This document shows positions 36,727 to 46,327 of a stretch of DNA of 64,000 bases, piece by piece (within the stretch, counting starts at the first letter, position 1; each line of letters begins with the position of its first letter). The translations under genes and the position numbers were made by a program. The notes below the pieces were generated by a model, which saw nothing but the letters and a program-made list of their open reading frames with translations, did not search any database and was not told the DNA's origin. Source of the DNA: a virus (Duplodnaviria; Caudoviricetes); the IMG/VR virus record IMGVR_UViG_3300050821_002847, positions 115 to 64,114 of that record; one strand, 5' to 3'.

Positions 36727-39700
36727 ATGAGGCGGCTGTTCTATATATTCTCATTGCTCCTTCTACCTTGTCTTCCGGCACGTGCGCAGTTCGATGACTT
36801 TGAAGGACTAATTTCCGTCCCATGCTCCGCGAATCCGCATACGCTCGCCTTCACGACCGGAAGCCAGAGCACGACGACGCAGACTCTCACGATCACCGGA
36901 GCCAGCCCAAGCGCAACTTGGCAGGCCAATCATGCTTACTCCTTCGGATCGTGGATTCTAGACCCTGCTAAGCACTGGCAGAAGGTCATCATTGCCGGAA
37001 CGAGCGGTGGCTCTCAGCCTACCTTTAACGACTCCGGTAATGCCACCACTGATGGCACCGCTGAAGAGATGGACTGGGGACCAGCGATTGCTGTGAATGA
37101 GCCCATGCGAATTACAGGCACTGGTACGGCGATGGATTGGGCCTTCACAAACAACACCGATCTCAAGGCAGGCGAGAGCATCGTCGCGACGGTAAATCTA
37201 GGGACTGAGGTTGTCACACTCACTGCCGCAGCCTCGCATACCGTGGCGGGGCCTGTCTCTGGAACCATCGTCTCTGGGCGAGAATATATATCGCAGGCCG
37301 TCTCCACGCCCTTCGGCACCGGCCCGCAGCAATGCACCACCGAGGGCCATTGGTTCTTCGAACAGGGCATTGGTGCGATGTGCGCTAACCAGAACGCTCA
37401 GTGCAATGGCATCACGGGATTCTTGGCCAAATATGGCACTACCTGCGCCGGTGCGGCGGTCGAACAGACGCTGATCCAGTCGATGAACTTCAACTCGATT
37501 GGAGAGCTTTCCGAGACGGCATACCTGCACGACGCTGGAGGGTTGTGTGCTACCAATGTCCATCTGCCCAGCAGTCAAACCTTGAACGGGCCGGGGGCCT
37601 TATATCCAACCGCCAATCTGGGCGGCTATATATCTCAGCCAGTCAAGGACCTCCGCGATTTGACACCTCCCACTTACAATACTCAAGGCTCGGCGGAGCA
37701 TGGCGTCGTTGACGCTTTGGACCCGCGTTTAGCAACCGCTGTCTTGCAATTCGTCCAGCATTTCAACAACAGTTATATCCAGATGTACTCGTCGCCATGG
37801 ATGGGACGGCATAATAGCGATGACACCGACTATATTGGATTTTCAAACGCAGGCTGGAACTTCCATCCATCGGTGTCCCAATCAACCGACGCAGACAGCG
37901 CATATATCGTTCTGGTCTCCAACCCCCTAGCCAGTGTGACAAAGAACGTAAACTTTTATGGAGGTTCGCTGAATCTCCCATTCCTCTATGCCGACCCGGT
38001 GAATTACTTCAAAGACCCAATGGTCTCGGTACCGACGACTTGCGCGGACTACAACGATAGCACGCATGGCATCTGCTCCTTAGATAGTTACCTCGCGCAG
38101 ATCAATGGCAACTCACTGACGGCTTTGAACATACGCTATGGCTCCAGCTACTCGACCCTCCTTTCGAGTGGCACCGAATACGGCTACAGTAGCCCGGTCA
38201 GTTCTTGGTACACCAATGGCGGAGCACCCACAGTCATCTGCACCGGCACAGGCTCAAGCGCGAGTTGCACTGGAACGCTTAATATCGGAAGTATGGGTAT
38301 ATCCAGACGCTCCGTTGAGATTCTCTACACACCCAGCGGTGGAAGCCCAGTCATCGTCGGGGGAGACTTAGCCAATGGGCTTCTCTACACTGCCGGACGC
38401 TGGAAGGGCAATATTGGCGTCTGTACGGGGCTGATCGTCACGGATTCCAACGGAGACTTAGAGCAGCTTACCAAGACGGGATGCCCTGCAGGTACGACGA
38501 CCAACTCCGATCCCCCTTGGCCCTCCGCTGCGGCTTGTCCTGGAACGATCACAACCGATAGCAATAGCCTGACATGGAAGTGCTTAGGTCCAGGGCTGAC
38601 CACGACCAGCGGGGCGACGACCTCGACCGTCACATATGCCACCGGAGCCGTAACTCTAAATGCAAATCAGACGATTCCCAACGGGGCGGTTTATTCGGCA
38701 GCCTACGTAACCGACGGATGGGGACTGGGCACTGGGCTATTAGATGAAGCTGGACAGAACTCTTGGGCCAGCACCACTGGAGCCGTCTGTCCTGTGGTGC
38801 CTCCTGCTTATCAGGCGAGCCGTGCTTACACTATCACCGACGAGATCACCGATCCTACGAGTGGGTCGTGGCAAGTAGCAATGTCTAATTTCACCTCCGC
38901 CGGAGGAGTGACCTTCTCGAATGTCGCCAGCACGCTGACAAACGACGGCGCAACTACAGGCGCATGGATGAGCCTTGGCAAGGGTGTCTGTCAGACCGGA
39001 GGAGATTTCGGTGCTCCCACGATGAATACTAATCTAGGGACGGACATTGAGGCGTGGATTGCGCAAATGGCCGCGCAGTGGATGCTCTCGACGACCGGAC
39101 AGTACCGGCAGATTTTCCCCGACTTCCCTGATTTTGGCCCTGACAATACAGGCACGAGGTGGACTCCGCCACGGCAAGGGGTGCTCCAAGCAGCTAATCT
39201 ATATCTTGACGGCATATTCCATCAGACTTCGATGTTCGACCCGGCGCAGGAATACCAATCGGCTATCAAGTACCAGTTCGTAACACGATATTTCCAAGGG
39301 CCAATCGTGGCGTTTCAGACCATTCGCTCCACGCAGAGTCCGAGCGGGAATTGCTCGGTTGGCGGGACGGATTGCTTCCCGACACAGCAGGCACGTGGAG
39401 AGCATTGGTATATATCCGCGTCGAACATGCTGAATAAGCTGAGCTTCAACGGAACACAGCAGAACGCGGGAAATGTTTGGTGGGAATCTCACACCGGGGA
39501 CAGTCCATCGACGAACTGGGGACTAATTACGGCGAAGGATAATCTCTTCAATGGAGTCGAGGATGTGACAGCCACGGTCACCTGCTCGGTGCCGAGACAT
39601 TTATTTAATTGTGGAGGTGAGTCCAGTGCGTCGTGGAATGGGTCGAGCCTGTTCTCGGATGTGCTAAATCCGACCAGTGGCAACGCTCTGTGGTTCAGTG

Positions 39701-39747
39701 CTCCGATTACGCCCACATCTGGGACGCCAATAGGACGGCTTCCATAG
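36727..39747 (+). CDS. Secreted glycoside hydrolase-like protein (beta-agarase/GH50-like) with three small repeats
   Basis: MRRLFYIFSLLLLPCLPARA-Q signal; EGHWFF, MNFNSIG, ALNIRYG, QQARGEHW, NWGLIT.KDN pattern. Confidence 0.55.
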   Translation: MRRLFYIFSLLLLPCLPARAQFDDFEGLISVPCSANPHTLAFTTGSQSTTTQTLTITGASPSATWQANHAYSFGSWILDPAKHWQKVIIAGTSGGSQPTFNDSGNATTDGTAEEMDWGPAIAVNEPMRITGTGTAMDWAFTNNTDLKAGESIVATVNLGTEVVTLTAAASHTVAGPVSGTIVSGREYISQAVSTPFGTGPQQCTTEGHWFFEQGIGAMCANQNAQCNGITGFLAKYGTTCAGAAVEQTLIQSMNFNSIGELSETAYLHDAGGLCATNVHLPSSQTLNGPGALYPTANLGGYISQPVKDLRDLTPPTYNTQGSAEHGVVDALDPRLATAVLQFVQHFNNSYIQMYSSPWMGRHNSDDTDYIGFSNAGWNFHPSVSQSTDADSAYIVLVSNPLASVTKNVNFYGGSLNLPFLYADPVNYFKDPMVSVPTTCADYNDSTHGICSLDSYLAQINGNSLTALNIRYGSSYSTLLSSGTEYGYSSPVSSWYTNGGAPTVICTGTGSSASCTGTLNIGSMGISRRSVEILYTPSGGSPVIVGGDLANGLLYTAGRWKGNIGVCTGLIVTDSNGDLEQLTKTGCPAGTTTNSDPPWPSAAACPGTITTDSNSLTWKCLGPGLTTTSGATTSTVTYATGAVTLNANQTIPNGAVYSAAYVTDGWGLGTGLLDEAGQNSWASTTGAVCPVVPPAYQASRAYTITDEITDPTSGSWQVAMSNFTSAGGVTFSNVASTLTNDGATTGAWMSLGKGVCQTGGDFGAPTMNTNLGTDIEAWIAQMAAQWMLSTTGQYRQIFPDFPDFGPDNTGTRWTPPRQGVLQAANLYLDGIFHQTSMFDPAQEYQSAIKYQFVTRYFQGPIVAFQTIRSTQSPSGNCSVGGTDCFPTQQARGEHWYISASNMLNKLSFNGTQQNAGNVWWESHTGDSPSTNWGLITAKDNLFNGVEDVTATVTCSVPRHLFNCGGESSASWNGSSLFSDVLNPTSGNALWFSAPITPTSGTPIGRLP

Positions 39748-39784
39748 GGGAGAATAGAGGTATAGAATGCGCGGAGGAGGGAAT

Positions 39785-40219
39785 ATGCGGACGAAAGCCT
39801 TGGCATCAGGAGTAGTGGCGGTTCTGGGTATGGCTGGAGTGGCCTTCACCATCCACAAGATCGACGTACGCCCGGTCGTGGCAGCACCAGCGGTGCAGTA
39901 TCTCCCGGCGGGAGCAATCGCCGCGCCCCCGCAACTGCTGGAGCAATACGACAAGTACGACGCCCTGCTCAAGCAGATCGACAAGATGTGCCAGAAGAAG
40001 TCCATGGATAACGTCGCCGACGCCACCATCTGCGAGAATGTGCTCATCGGCGAGATGCGCGCGCAGGTCCGCGTAGGGTTCCAGTTCGATCCGGCGTCGC
40101 GGAGCCTTGCGCCGATTCCCTCGCAGCCTGCCACTCCACCGCAGCCACAGCAGATACCGCCGCCGTCCGGGGTAGCGCCAGCGAAGGTTCCGACCGCACC
40201 GTCCGCACCGGGAAGATGA
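39785..40219 (+). CDS. Membrane-anchored/exported Pro-rich protein
   Basis: GGAGGAGG RBS; N-terminal hydrophobic segment; one Cys pair. Confidence 0.6.
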   Translation: MRTKALASGVVAVLGMAGVAFTIHKIDVRPVVAAPAVQYLPAGAIAAPPQLLEQYDKYDALLKQIDKMCQKKSMDNVADATICENVLIGEMRAQVRVGFQFDPASRSLAPIPSQPATPPQPQQIPPPSGVAPAKVPTAPSAPGR

Positions 40220-40602
40220 ACGAGATTAACTATCGGTGGATTCACGGCCCGCAAGCCTCGCAGGAGGACTGGGAAAAGATAGAATTGCTCTTGGCGTCGC
40301 GCGGATGGATTAGCCTAAACAGGCCCACGTCGTCGATTCTGATCGCAGAGGACGACGATGGCATCGCAGGGTTTCATATTTTCCAATTCTTGCCCTACGC
40401 CGGACCATTGTTCGTGCGGCCATCAGCACGAGGAAAGGGCGTGGCGGAGAAGCTCGCAGACGACATGCTGGAGGCGCTCGCGCAGGCTCAGGCGAGAGGC
40501 TTCATAGTCATCGCGGACTCGCCGCACAGCGCAAAGCTCTGCCGAGATCGCGGGATGAATGAACTCAAGTCACCTGTGTTCGTAATGGGAGGGGAGGGTT
40601 AG
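40216..40602 (+). CDS. GNAT-family N-acetyltransferase
   Basis: LFVRPSARGKGVAEKL acetyl-CoA motif. Confidence 0.85.
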   Translation: MNEINYRWIHGPQASQEDWEKIELLLASRGWISLNRPTSSILIAEDDDGIAGFHIFQFLPYAGPLFVRPSARGKGVAEKLADDMLEALAQAQARGFIVIADSPHSAKLCRDRGMNELKSPVFVMGGEG

Positions 40603-40604
40603 CC

Positions 40605-41192
40605 GTGAGCGGGTTCCTCGGGATCGGCCAGAATAAGCCAGAGAAGCAGGCGTATGGCGAGCTAGGAAACGTATTCAACTTCGCATTGCCTCTAGCGCAG
40701 AGCACATCCAGCGCGGGCGCGGGCACCACGAAGGCCGGGCTCTCTACAGTCGGCGCTGGGCTGAATACCCTCAGCGGACCTCTGGCGTATTTCCAGAAAT
40801 TGATGAGCGGCAACCGTCCCGCAATGGAGCAGGCGGTCGCGCCGGAAGCGAACGCGGCGCGGGCGAGTTCGGATGCGGCGGCGAGGAATCAGGCCGCGAT
40901 GGGCACCGCGCGAGGCGGCGGGACTGCCGGAGGGAATCAGCAGCGACATACGGATGTGATGGCACAGATAGATAATCTATTATTCGGCGCAAGGCCAGCG
41001 GCGGCGAAGGCGACGACGGACATCGGCACTACGCAGTCGCAGATTGGCCTCGGAGAGTCGCAGGTGGGCAATCAGCAACTCATGGAAGCGTTACAGTCGC
41101 TAGGACTTGGGACGAGCGCCGCCGGGACTACGGGGCAGATGGGGCTGGGACAGAGTTCGCAACTCTCTGATATGTTCAAAGTGCTCGTGTAA
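40605..41192 (+). CDS. Putative ejection/internal virion protein
   Basis: G/A/Q/T-rich, ARGGG motif, follows GNAT as in podovirus ejection modules. Confidence 0.6.
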   Translation: MSGFLGIGQNKPEKQAYGELGNVFNFALPLAQSTSSAGAGTTKAGLSTVGAGLNTLSGPLAYFQKLMSGNRPAMEQAVAPEANAARASSDAAARNQAAMGTARGGGTAGGNQQRHTDVMAQIDNLLFGARPAAAKATTDIGTTQSQIGLGESQVGNQQLMEALQSLGLGTSAAGTTGQMGLGQSSQLSDMFKVLV

Positions 41193-42814
41193 TGGGACTA
41201 TTAACTGATTGGTTGATGGAGCGGTCCCGTGCGAACCGCGAGAAGCAGAACGCACTCTCGGAGACGCAGGCACAGACTTATCTGGAGGCTATCAAGTCCG
41301 GGAGGCTCAGTCCTGAGGGATTGCAGTACGCCAATCAGCAACTAGAGAAGCTGCTGGGCGCAAAGGGCGCGGGGGATGTCTCCAAGCAGTCCAAGGGATT
41401 ATTCCAGAGATTCGGACAGATCGTCACCGCGCTCCATGGGCATTCGCAGCAGCCGCAGGGCCAAGGGCAAGGCCAGCAGAAGATGGGGAGCGTAGGTCCT
41501 CCGCCGTCGCCGGTCAAGGGGGACGAAGGCGCGAAGGCTCCAGCGGGCGGGGCGGGTGCGACCGGCACGAGTGCAAATATGGGAGGCGTATCGCCGCCGC
41601 CATCGTTCGCCTCAGTGATGGGAGAGGCGTTCCCGTCGCCCGACAAACTCGCCGCCGAGAAGACCTCGCAGGATGTCACGCGCAACACGGCGCTGAACGA
41701 CGCTGAGATGGAGCAGCGCAAAAAGGCGGCGGCAACGGCAGGGCTCGCGCCGGGGTCGCCGGAGTTCCAAGAGTTCATGTCCACTGGAAAGTACCCTTCG
41801 CTGAGATTCCCATCGACCAAGACTTATGTAGGGCCAGACGGCAAGACCTTCACCGGGACTCCTGACTTGTCTGGGAGGATTACGGATGTAGACAGCGGGC
41901 AGGTCGTGCCGGGGGCGACGGCAGTTACTGCGGGGATGCTCTCTGCGCCACAGGTGAAGACAGATAACGGTGGTGTGCCGTTTGCTATCCAGCGGCAGGG
42001 TAAGACGCTGACGCCAGATTCGCCTGAATGGTCCGATACCGACCAGAAGCTACTAGACGCTGCGAGGGCTGCCTACGAGAAAGGCGAGAAGGACAAGGCC
42101 GCACTGTCCGCCAAGCGACAGTCCTACTTCGGGAGTCTCCCGCAGGGCGTGCTCGTCAAGAAGGACGATCCAGCGAAGGGGCTCAAGGCCGGGGAGCTTG
42201 CGTTCGTGTCGCGGCAGGAGGCGGCGGATCACCCGGACAGGTATGCTCCGCCCGCGCAGGGCGATCAGTCGCTCATGGCCAACGCGCGCTTTGGGGAGAT
42301 TCAGCAGACGGTGGATTTCCTGAATGATGCTATTGCGAAATTGCCGGACGAGGCTTGGGATGACACCAGCCGCGCACAGATCGCCTATGTACTGCGGTCG
42401 CCGGACCCAAGCTCTGCGATGAATCAGTTCCTGAAGTCCGAAGCCTCCAAGGGATTATCGGAGGCGCAAGTGAACTATGTGACCGCGCTCGCGTCGATGG
42501 TCGAGTCGGCGCAGGCCATGACTTCGTTGCAGGGGATAGGACAGCGCGGGTCGGATAAGCTGCGGGCGACGATCACGGCCATGCTGCCCAGCGGCGCGAC
42601 GCCGACGCGGACGTGGGCGCAGCGGCAGATGAAATTGTTCCAGGCGGAGATGGACCAACTGAAGCGCGGCGTGCCATCGCTCGGAGGATTGACATCTCCA
42701 GCGAAGGGGATACCTCCGCCGCCCGGAGCCGCGCCGCGCGACGCCGCTGGATATCTGAATTATCTGAGACAGAAGAAAGCCGCTGCCAATGGCTCTCCCA
42801 CCTCCGCCCAATAA
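41192..42814 (+). CDS. Putative ejection/internal virion protein
   Basis: Helical/low-complexity 540 aa with no Cys; position. Confidence 0.55.
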   Translation: MGLLTDWLMERSRANREKQNALSETQAQTYLEAIKSGRLSPEGLQYANQQLEKLLGAKGAGDVSKQSKGLFQRFGQIVTALHGHSQQPQGQGQGQQKMGSVGPPPSPVKGDEGAKAPAGGAGATGTSANMGGVSPPPSFASVMGEAFPSPDKLAAEKTSQDVTRNTALNDAEMEQRKKAAATAGLAPGSPEFQEFMSTGKYPSLRFPSTKTYVGPDGKTFTGTPDLSGRITDVDSGQVVPGATAVTAGMLSAPQVKTDNGGVPFAIQRQGKTLTPDSPEWSDTDQKLLDAARAAYEKGEKDKAALSAKRQSYFGSLPQGVLVKKDDPAKGLKAGELAFVSRQEAADHPDRYAPPAQGDQSLMANARFGEIQQTVDFLNDAIAKLPDEAWDDTSRAQIAYVLRSPDPSSAMNQFLKSEASKGLSEAQVNYVTALASMVESAQAMTSLQGIGQRGSDKLRATITAMLPSGATPTRTWAQRQMKLFQAEMDQLKRGVPSLGGLTSPAKGIPPPPGAAPRDAAGYLNYLRQKKAAANGSPTSAQ

Positions 42815-44105
42815 CGACAAGATGACTCCGGGTGAGACTGTGAGTCTCACGCCGGGGCCGGACCCCAAGGAGCGCATCCAAGCGACCTCGGGTAGTCCAA
42901 TCGTGGACGCTTCGGAAGTCATCGACGACGATTATTTCAAGCGCCTTCCGCTGAACGAGAAGCATAAGGTGCTGATGATGGACCCGCATTACAGCAAGGT
43001 CATGTCCCCGAAGCAGCAGGCGGATTTTCTCAACCTTGTGCATTATGGAGAAGGCGGAACCGAGTACGAGCGCAAGGAGCGTGACAAGGCTGCGACGGCG
43101 AAGGGAGTCGTCAAGAATGTAAGCTACGCGCTCCCGATGGTCGGAGGGATTGCAGGTGCGGCTACTGGCAGCGCGGTCCCTGTGTTCGGCACGGTCGCAG
43201 GCGGAGGGCTGGGCACGGCGGCGGGCGAGTCGGCACGGCAGGCGATCATGCATGGACTATTCCCAGAGGAGCCTTCGTCTACGTCTAGGGAAGGGTTGGA
43301 GCAGGACGTAATATGGGGATCGCTCGGCGCGGCGAGCGAACTCCCCGGCGCATTCGCGCGAGGCTATGGGCGTTCGATTATCTCCAAGATCGCCGAGGCC
43401 AAGAGTCCTAAGGAGGTTGGCGACGCGATTCAGGCATTCAATGACGCGCATCCGTTCGGGCTGACACAGCGAGGATTGCGCGAAGGACTGGAGGGAGCCA
43501 AGCAAAAATTGTCCGCGCAGTTGTCTCCTATTTATAAGATGGCCACGGGGACTTCGGATATCGACACTGTGCTTCAGCCAATCTATCACCAAGCACAGGT
43601 TGAGGATGTCGCCTTCGCACGGTCGCGGACCACAGCGAGCGGTAAGATCGTGAACACCGCGACCAATCGTGTCAGCAATGCTGTCAGCGACATTATTGAG
43701 GCGGCAAAGTCCCGCGCGGGAATCAAGGGCACCACTGCGACTGCTCAGCAACTCGCCAACTTCCAGATGGAGATCAAGAATCTCGCGTTCGAGTCAGCGC
43801 GGTCCAATCCGACTGTAGGAGGCGTGGCGCAGAAGCTCATGCGGGATGCGTATACTGCGGTCGGCGGAGAAGTGGACCGGCTGGCACCTCCGGCACGGCC
43901 TATTCTGGATAGAATGACAGACATTCACGCGGCCTTGTCAGGACTGAAGCACTACCAGCCCGGAGCGATCAAGTCGGTGGTGGTGACGGCGGCAACACAT
44001 CCCACGACGGCGCGAGTGGTGTCTCCGGCAGTGGTTCCTGCGGCGGTGGCAGGCGGACGCGAAGTCTACAAGGGAGCCCGAGCACTCGGCGAGATGATTC
44101 CTTGA
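42789..44105 (+). CDS. Putative ejection/internal virion protein
   Basis: Gly/Ala hydrophobic segment GGIAGAATG...GGGLGTAAGE. Confidence 0.55.
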   Translation: MALPPPPNNDKMTPGETVSLTPGPDPKERIQATSGSPIVDASEVIDDDYFKRLPLNEKHKVLMMDPHYSKVMSPKQQADFLNLVHYGEGGTEYERKERDKAATAKGVVKNVSYALPMVGGIAGAATGSAVPVFGTVAGGGLGTAAGESARQAIMHGLFPEEPSSTSREGLEQDVIWGSLGAASELPGAFARGYGRSIISKIAEAKSPKEVGDAIQAFNDAHPFGLTQRGLREGLEGAKQKLSAQLSPIYKMATGTSDIDTVLQPIYHQAQVEDVAFARSRTTASGKIVNTATNRVSNAVSDIIEAAKSRAGIKGTTATAQQLANFQMEIKNLAFESARSNPTVGGVAQKLMRDAYTAVGGEVDRLAPPARPILDRMTDIHAALSGLKHYQPGAIKSVVVTAATHPTTARVVSPAVVPAAVAGGREVYKGARALGEMIP

Positions 44106-45136
44106 TTCTCGACGCAGGGATTCTCACTACATTTCAAGCCTGCCGACGCGAGCATCTTCTACGGTCCAGCTACACTCCCCTCAAATGGCGTGCGAAGTCC
44201 CTGTTCGACCATGCCTTGCGCCGCGCTATCTTCTCTGTGTCCAATGCGGATGACCCGGTGCGATGCGCAAGCGATGCCTCGGCCTACTTCATGCAGCAAG
44301 CGGCGGACCCTGGGCTCGACCTCCCCACAGGGAATCCCTATGTAATGGCCAAGGATTATTGCGCCATGCTAGAGACTATCATCCGGTCGCTTGCGAAGCT
44401 CGCGTTGCTCACCGTGAAGCCGGTCTCTCCAGTGAAGCTATCACCGACCGTCGAATGGCAGGTGCGCTCGTGGGCCGACGACTCGGGCACACTGCACCGC
44501 TGGATCACCGTGGACGACTGGTCGGACGCGGACTTTTATCGCGAGATGCACGGGTGGTGGACCGCCGGGGACCAAGCCGCGACCGGCGCGGGAATGACTC
44601 TGCACGTCGTGGAGATCGGGCAGGTGCGCAAGGTCGCAAATCGCGTGGCACAGAACGGCAAGGGGATTTATCGCACCGGGCAGATGCGGCGGGCGAGCCC
44701 ATGGGCGCGTGGGTGGCGGCATCCGGCGATCCCGCAGATTCAGGCGCTGAGGTTCAAGCGCCGCGAGGGGCAGAACTTCTCGGGGTGGGACCCGATTTAT
44801 CTCGCCGACTCGAGGATGGACCCGGAGGACTGGGTGCAGGCGATGTGGAAGGAGGGCGCGGCACAGGCGCTGGTGCACCACCTGACAATCAATCCGCTGC
44901 CGCACGATGCGCGGGAGGCGGCGAGGGAGCAGGTGCTTGCGGAGGCGGAGGCCATGCAGGCGCTCGCGGGGAAGGACTGGCGGGGGATGCCAATGTCACG
45001 GGGAGCGTGCGATGGCTTAGTGCCATGCCGCTTCCAGGAATGCTGCTACGCCGTGAAGCCGGTGGACCCGGCAACCCTCGGGCTATATCGTGTACGCAAA
45101 GAGACATCCCAATTGATTTCAATTGACTGCGGGTAG
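44102..45136 (+). CDS. Cas4/AddB-like Fe-S nuclease paralog, probably inactive
   Basis: N-terminal CRR and C-terminal C-x5-C-x-F-x3-C..P..GLY like 58321..59952; no PD-(D/E)xK seen. Confidence 0.6.
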   Translation: MILDAGILTTFQACRREHLLRSSYTPLKWRAKSLFDHALRRAIFSVSNADDPVRCASDASAYFMQQAADPGLDLPTGNPYVMAKDYCAMLETIIRSLAKLALLTVKPVSPVKLSPTVEWQVRSWADDSGTLHRWITVDDWSDADFYREMHGWWTAGDQAATGAGMTLHVVEIGQVRKVANRVAQNGKGIYRTGQMRRASPWARGWRHPAIPQIQALRFKRREGQNFSGWDPIYLADSRMDPEDWVQAMWKEGAAQALVHHLTINPLPHDAREAAREQVLAEAEAMQALAGKDWRGMPMSRGACDGLVPCRFQECCYAVKPVDPATLGLYRVRKETSQLISIDCG

Positions 45137-45170
45137 GCTTCGTAATAGGCTCCAAGCTGGAGGGCGAAGG

Positions 45171-45443
45171 ATGACCGTAAATCTGAGCCTTGGCAAGAAC
45201 TGGAAGACAACACTGGGCGGGGCCATCTTCGCCGCCGCTGGGTTCGCCTATGCACTCCCTGCATTGCTTACCAGCGATAACATAATACTGCCCCCTAAGT
45301 GGCAGCATATTATCGTGCTCATAGCAGCCATCGGTGGGGCCATCATGGGATTCGGTGCCAAGGATTCCACCACGCATTCCACTCAGGCCGAGGTCAGTGC
45401 CAGTACGACGGCCAGTACAACGAAGACGGAGGTAACGAAATGA
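45171..45443 (+). CDS. Holin-like membrane protein
   Basis: NWKTTLGG, two TM helices, AKDS. Confidence 0.6.
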   Translation: MTVNLSLGKNWKTTLGGAIFAAAGFAYALPALLTSDNIILPPKWQHIIVLIAAIGGAIMGFGAKDSTTHSTQAEVSASTTASTTKTEVTK

Positions 45444-46039
45444 TAGCAATTGACAGAAGGGAATTCGTAAGGCGTTCGGGCCTGTTTGTGCTGCTGATCT
45501 CTGGGAGTAACTTTCTGACTGGGTGCCTGTTCTCCGGGAGCATCGAGTCTCAGATCGCAGCCTATGTGAACTTAGGTCTTAACGCGCTGGCCAGCATCAT
45601 CAAGATTCTAGCGGCCAACGGAATTGTGATCGCCGCTGGGACCACAATCGAGAAGTATAGCAACGACATCAAGGCGGCCTTTGTCGATGTCGGTCAGGGC
45701 ATCATGGACTGGCAGAACGCTGCCACCGCCGACAAGGCCACGGCCCTGCTGAAAGTCAGCGAGGTCGTGCAGATTTTGCAGAATCGCATTGGGGTATGGT
45801 GGTCATCTCTCAATCTGCCGGACGGGAAGCTCTCCACTATTATCGCCGCGCTGCTGAGTGTGGTCACGACCACTCTGACGTATTTCCAGAGCCAGTTGCC
45901 GCCGCCACCGGCAACGGCTGGGCGTATGGCGCTGCCCGCCAAGCTCGCGGGTCCTGCGGTGAAGCGGTCGTCCGGCCAGTTCAAGCATGATTACAATGCC
46001 ATCGCTGAGTCGAACGGCTACAAGCAGTTCGATATTTAG
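45440..46039 (+). CDS. Putative Tat-exported lipoprotein
   Basis: ATG 45440; DRREFV twin-arginine motif and LTGC lipobox. Confidence 0.6.
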   Translation: MIAIDRREFVRRSGLFVLLISGSNFLTGCLFSGSIESQIAAYVNLGLNALASIIKILAANGIVIAAGTTIEKYSNDIKAAFVDVGQGIMDWQNAATADKATALLKVSEVVQILQNRIGVWWSSLNLPDGKLSTIIAALLSVVTTTLTYFQSQLPPPPATAGRMALPAKLAGPAVKRSSGQFKHDYNAIAESNGYKQFDI

Positions 46040-46047
46040 AGGGCTAA

Positions 46048-46239
46048 GTGTTCGCAGCCCTACTCATCTCCGTTGCGGAGTGGTTAGCAATCGGCACGTT
46101 CATCGTTAGCACCTATACCGTAGTGGTGCAACCCGTTTTGCGGCGTCCGGTTGTAACGACCATGAAGGCGGTAAAACACGTCGTAGTTAAGCCTGTTAAA
46201 CCTGTGAAGCAGTTAGCTAAGAAGATCGCAGGCAAATGA
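46048..46239 (+). CDS. Small membrane protein
   Basis: Hydrophobic N-terminus, basic tail. Confidence 0.5.
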   Translation: MFAALLISVAEWLAIGTFIVSTYTVVVQPVLRRPVVTTMKAVKHVVVKPVKPVKQLAKKIAGK

Positions 46240-46327
46240 CGGTCTTGTACATCATGGCCGCGTTCGTTGTAGGCTGTGTGATTGGATGGGTAGTCTGCGA
46301 TGACTTTCGCAGGAATGTGAGGTAGGC

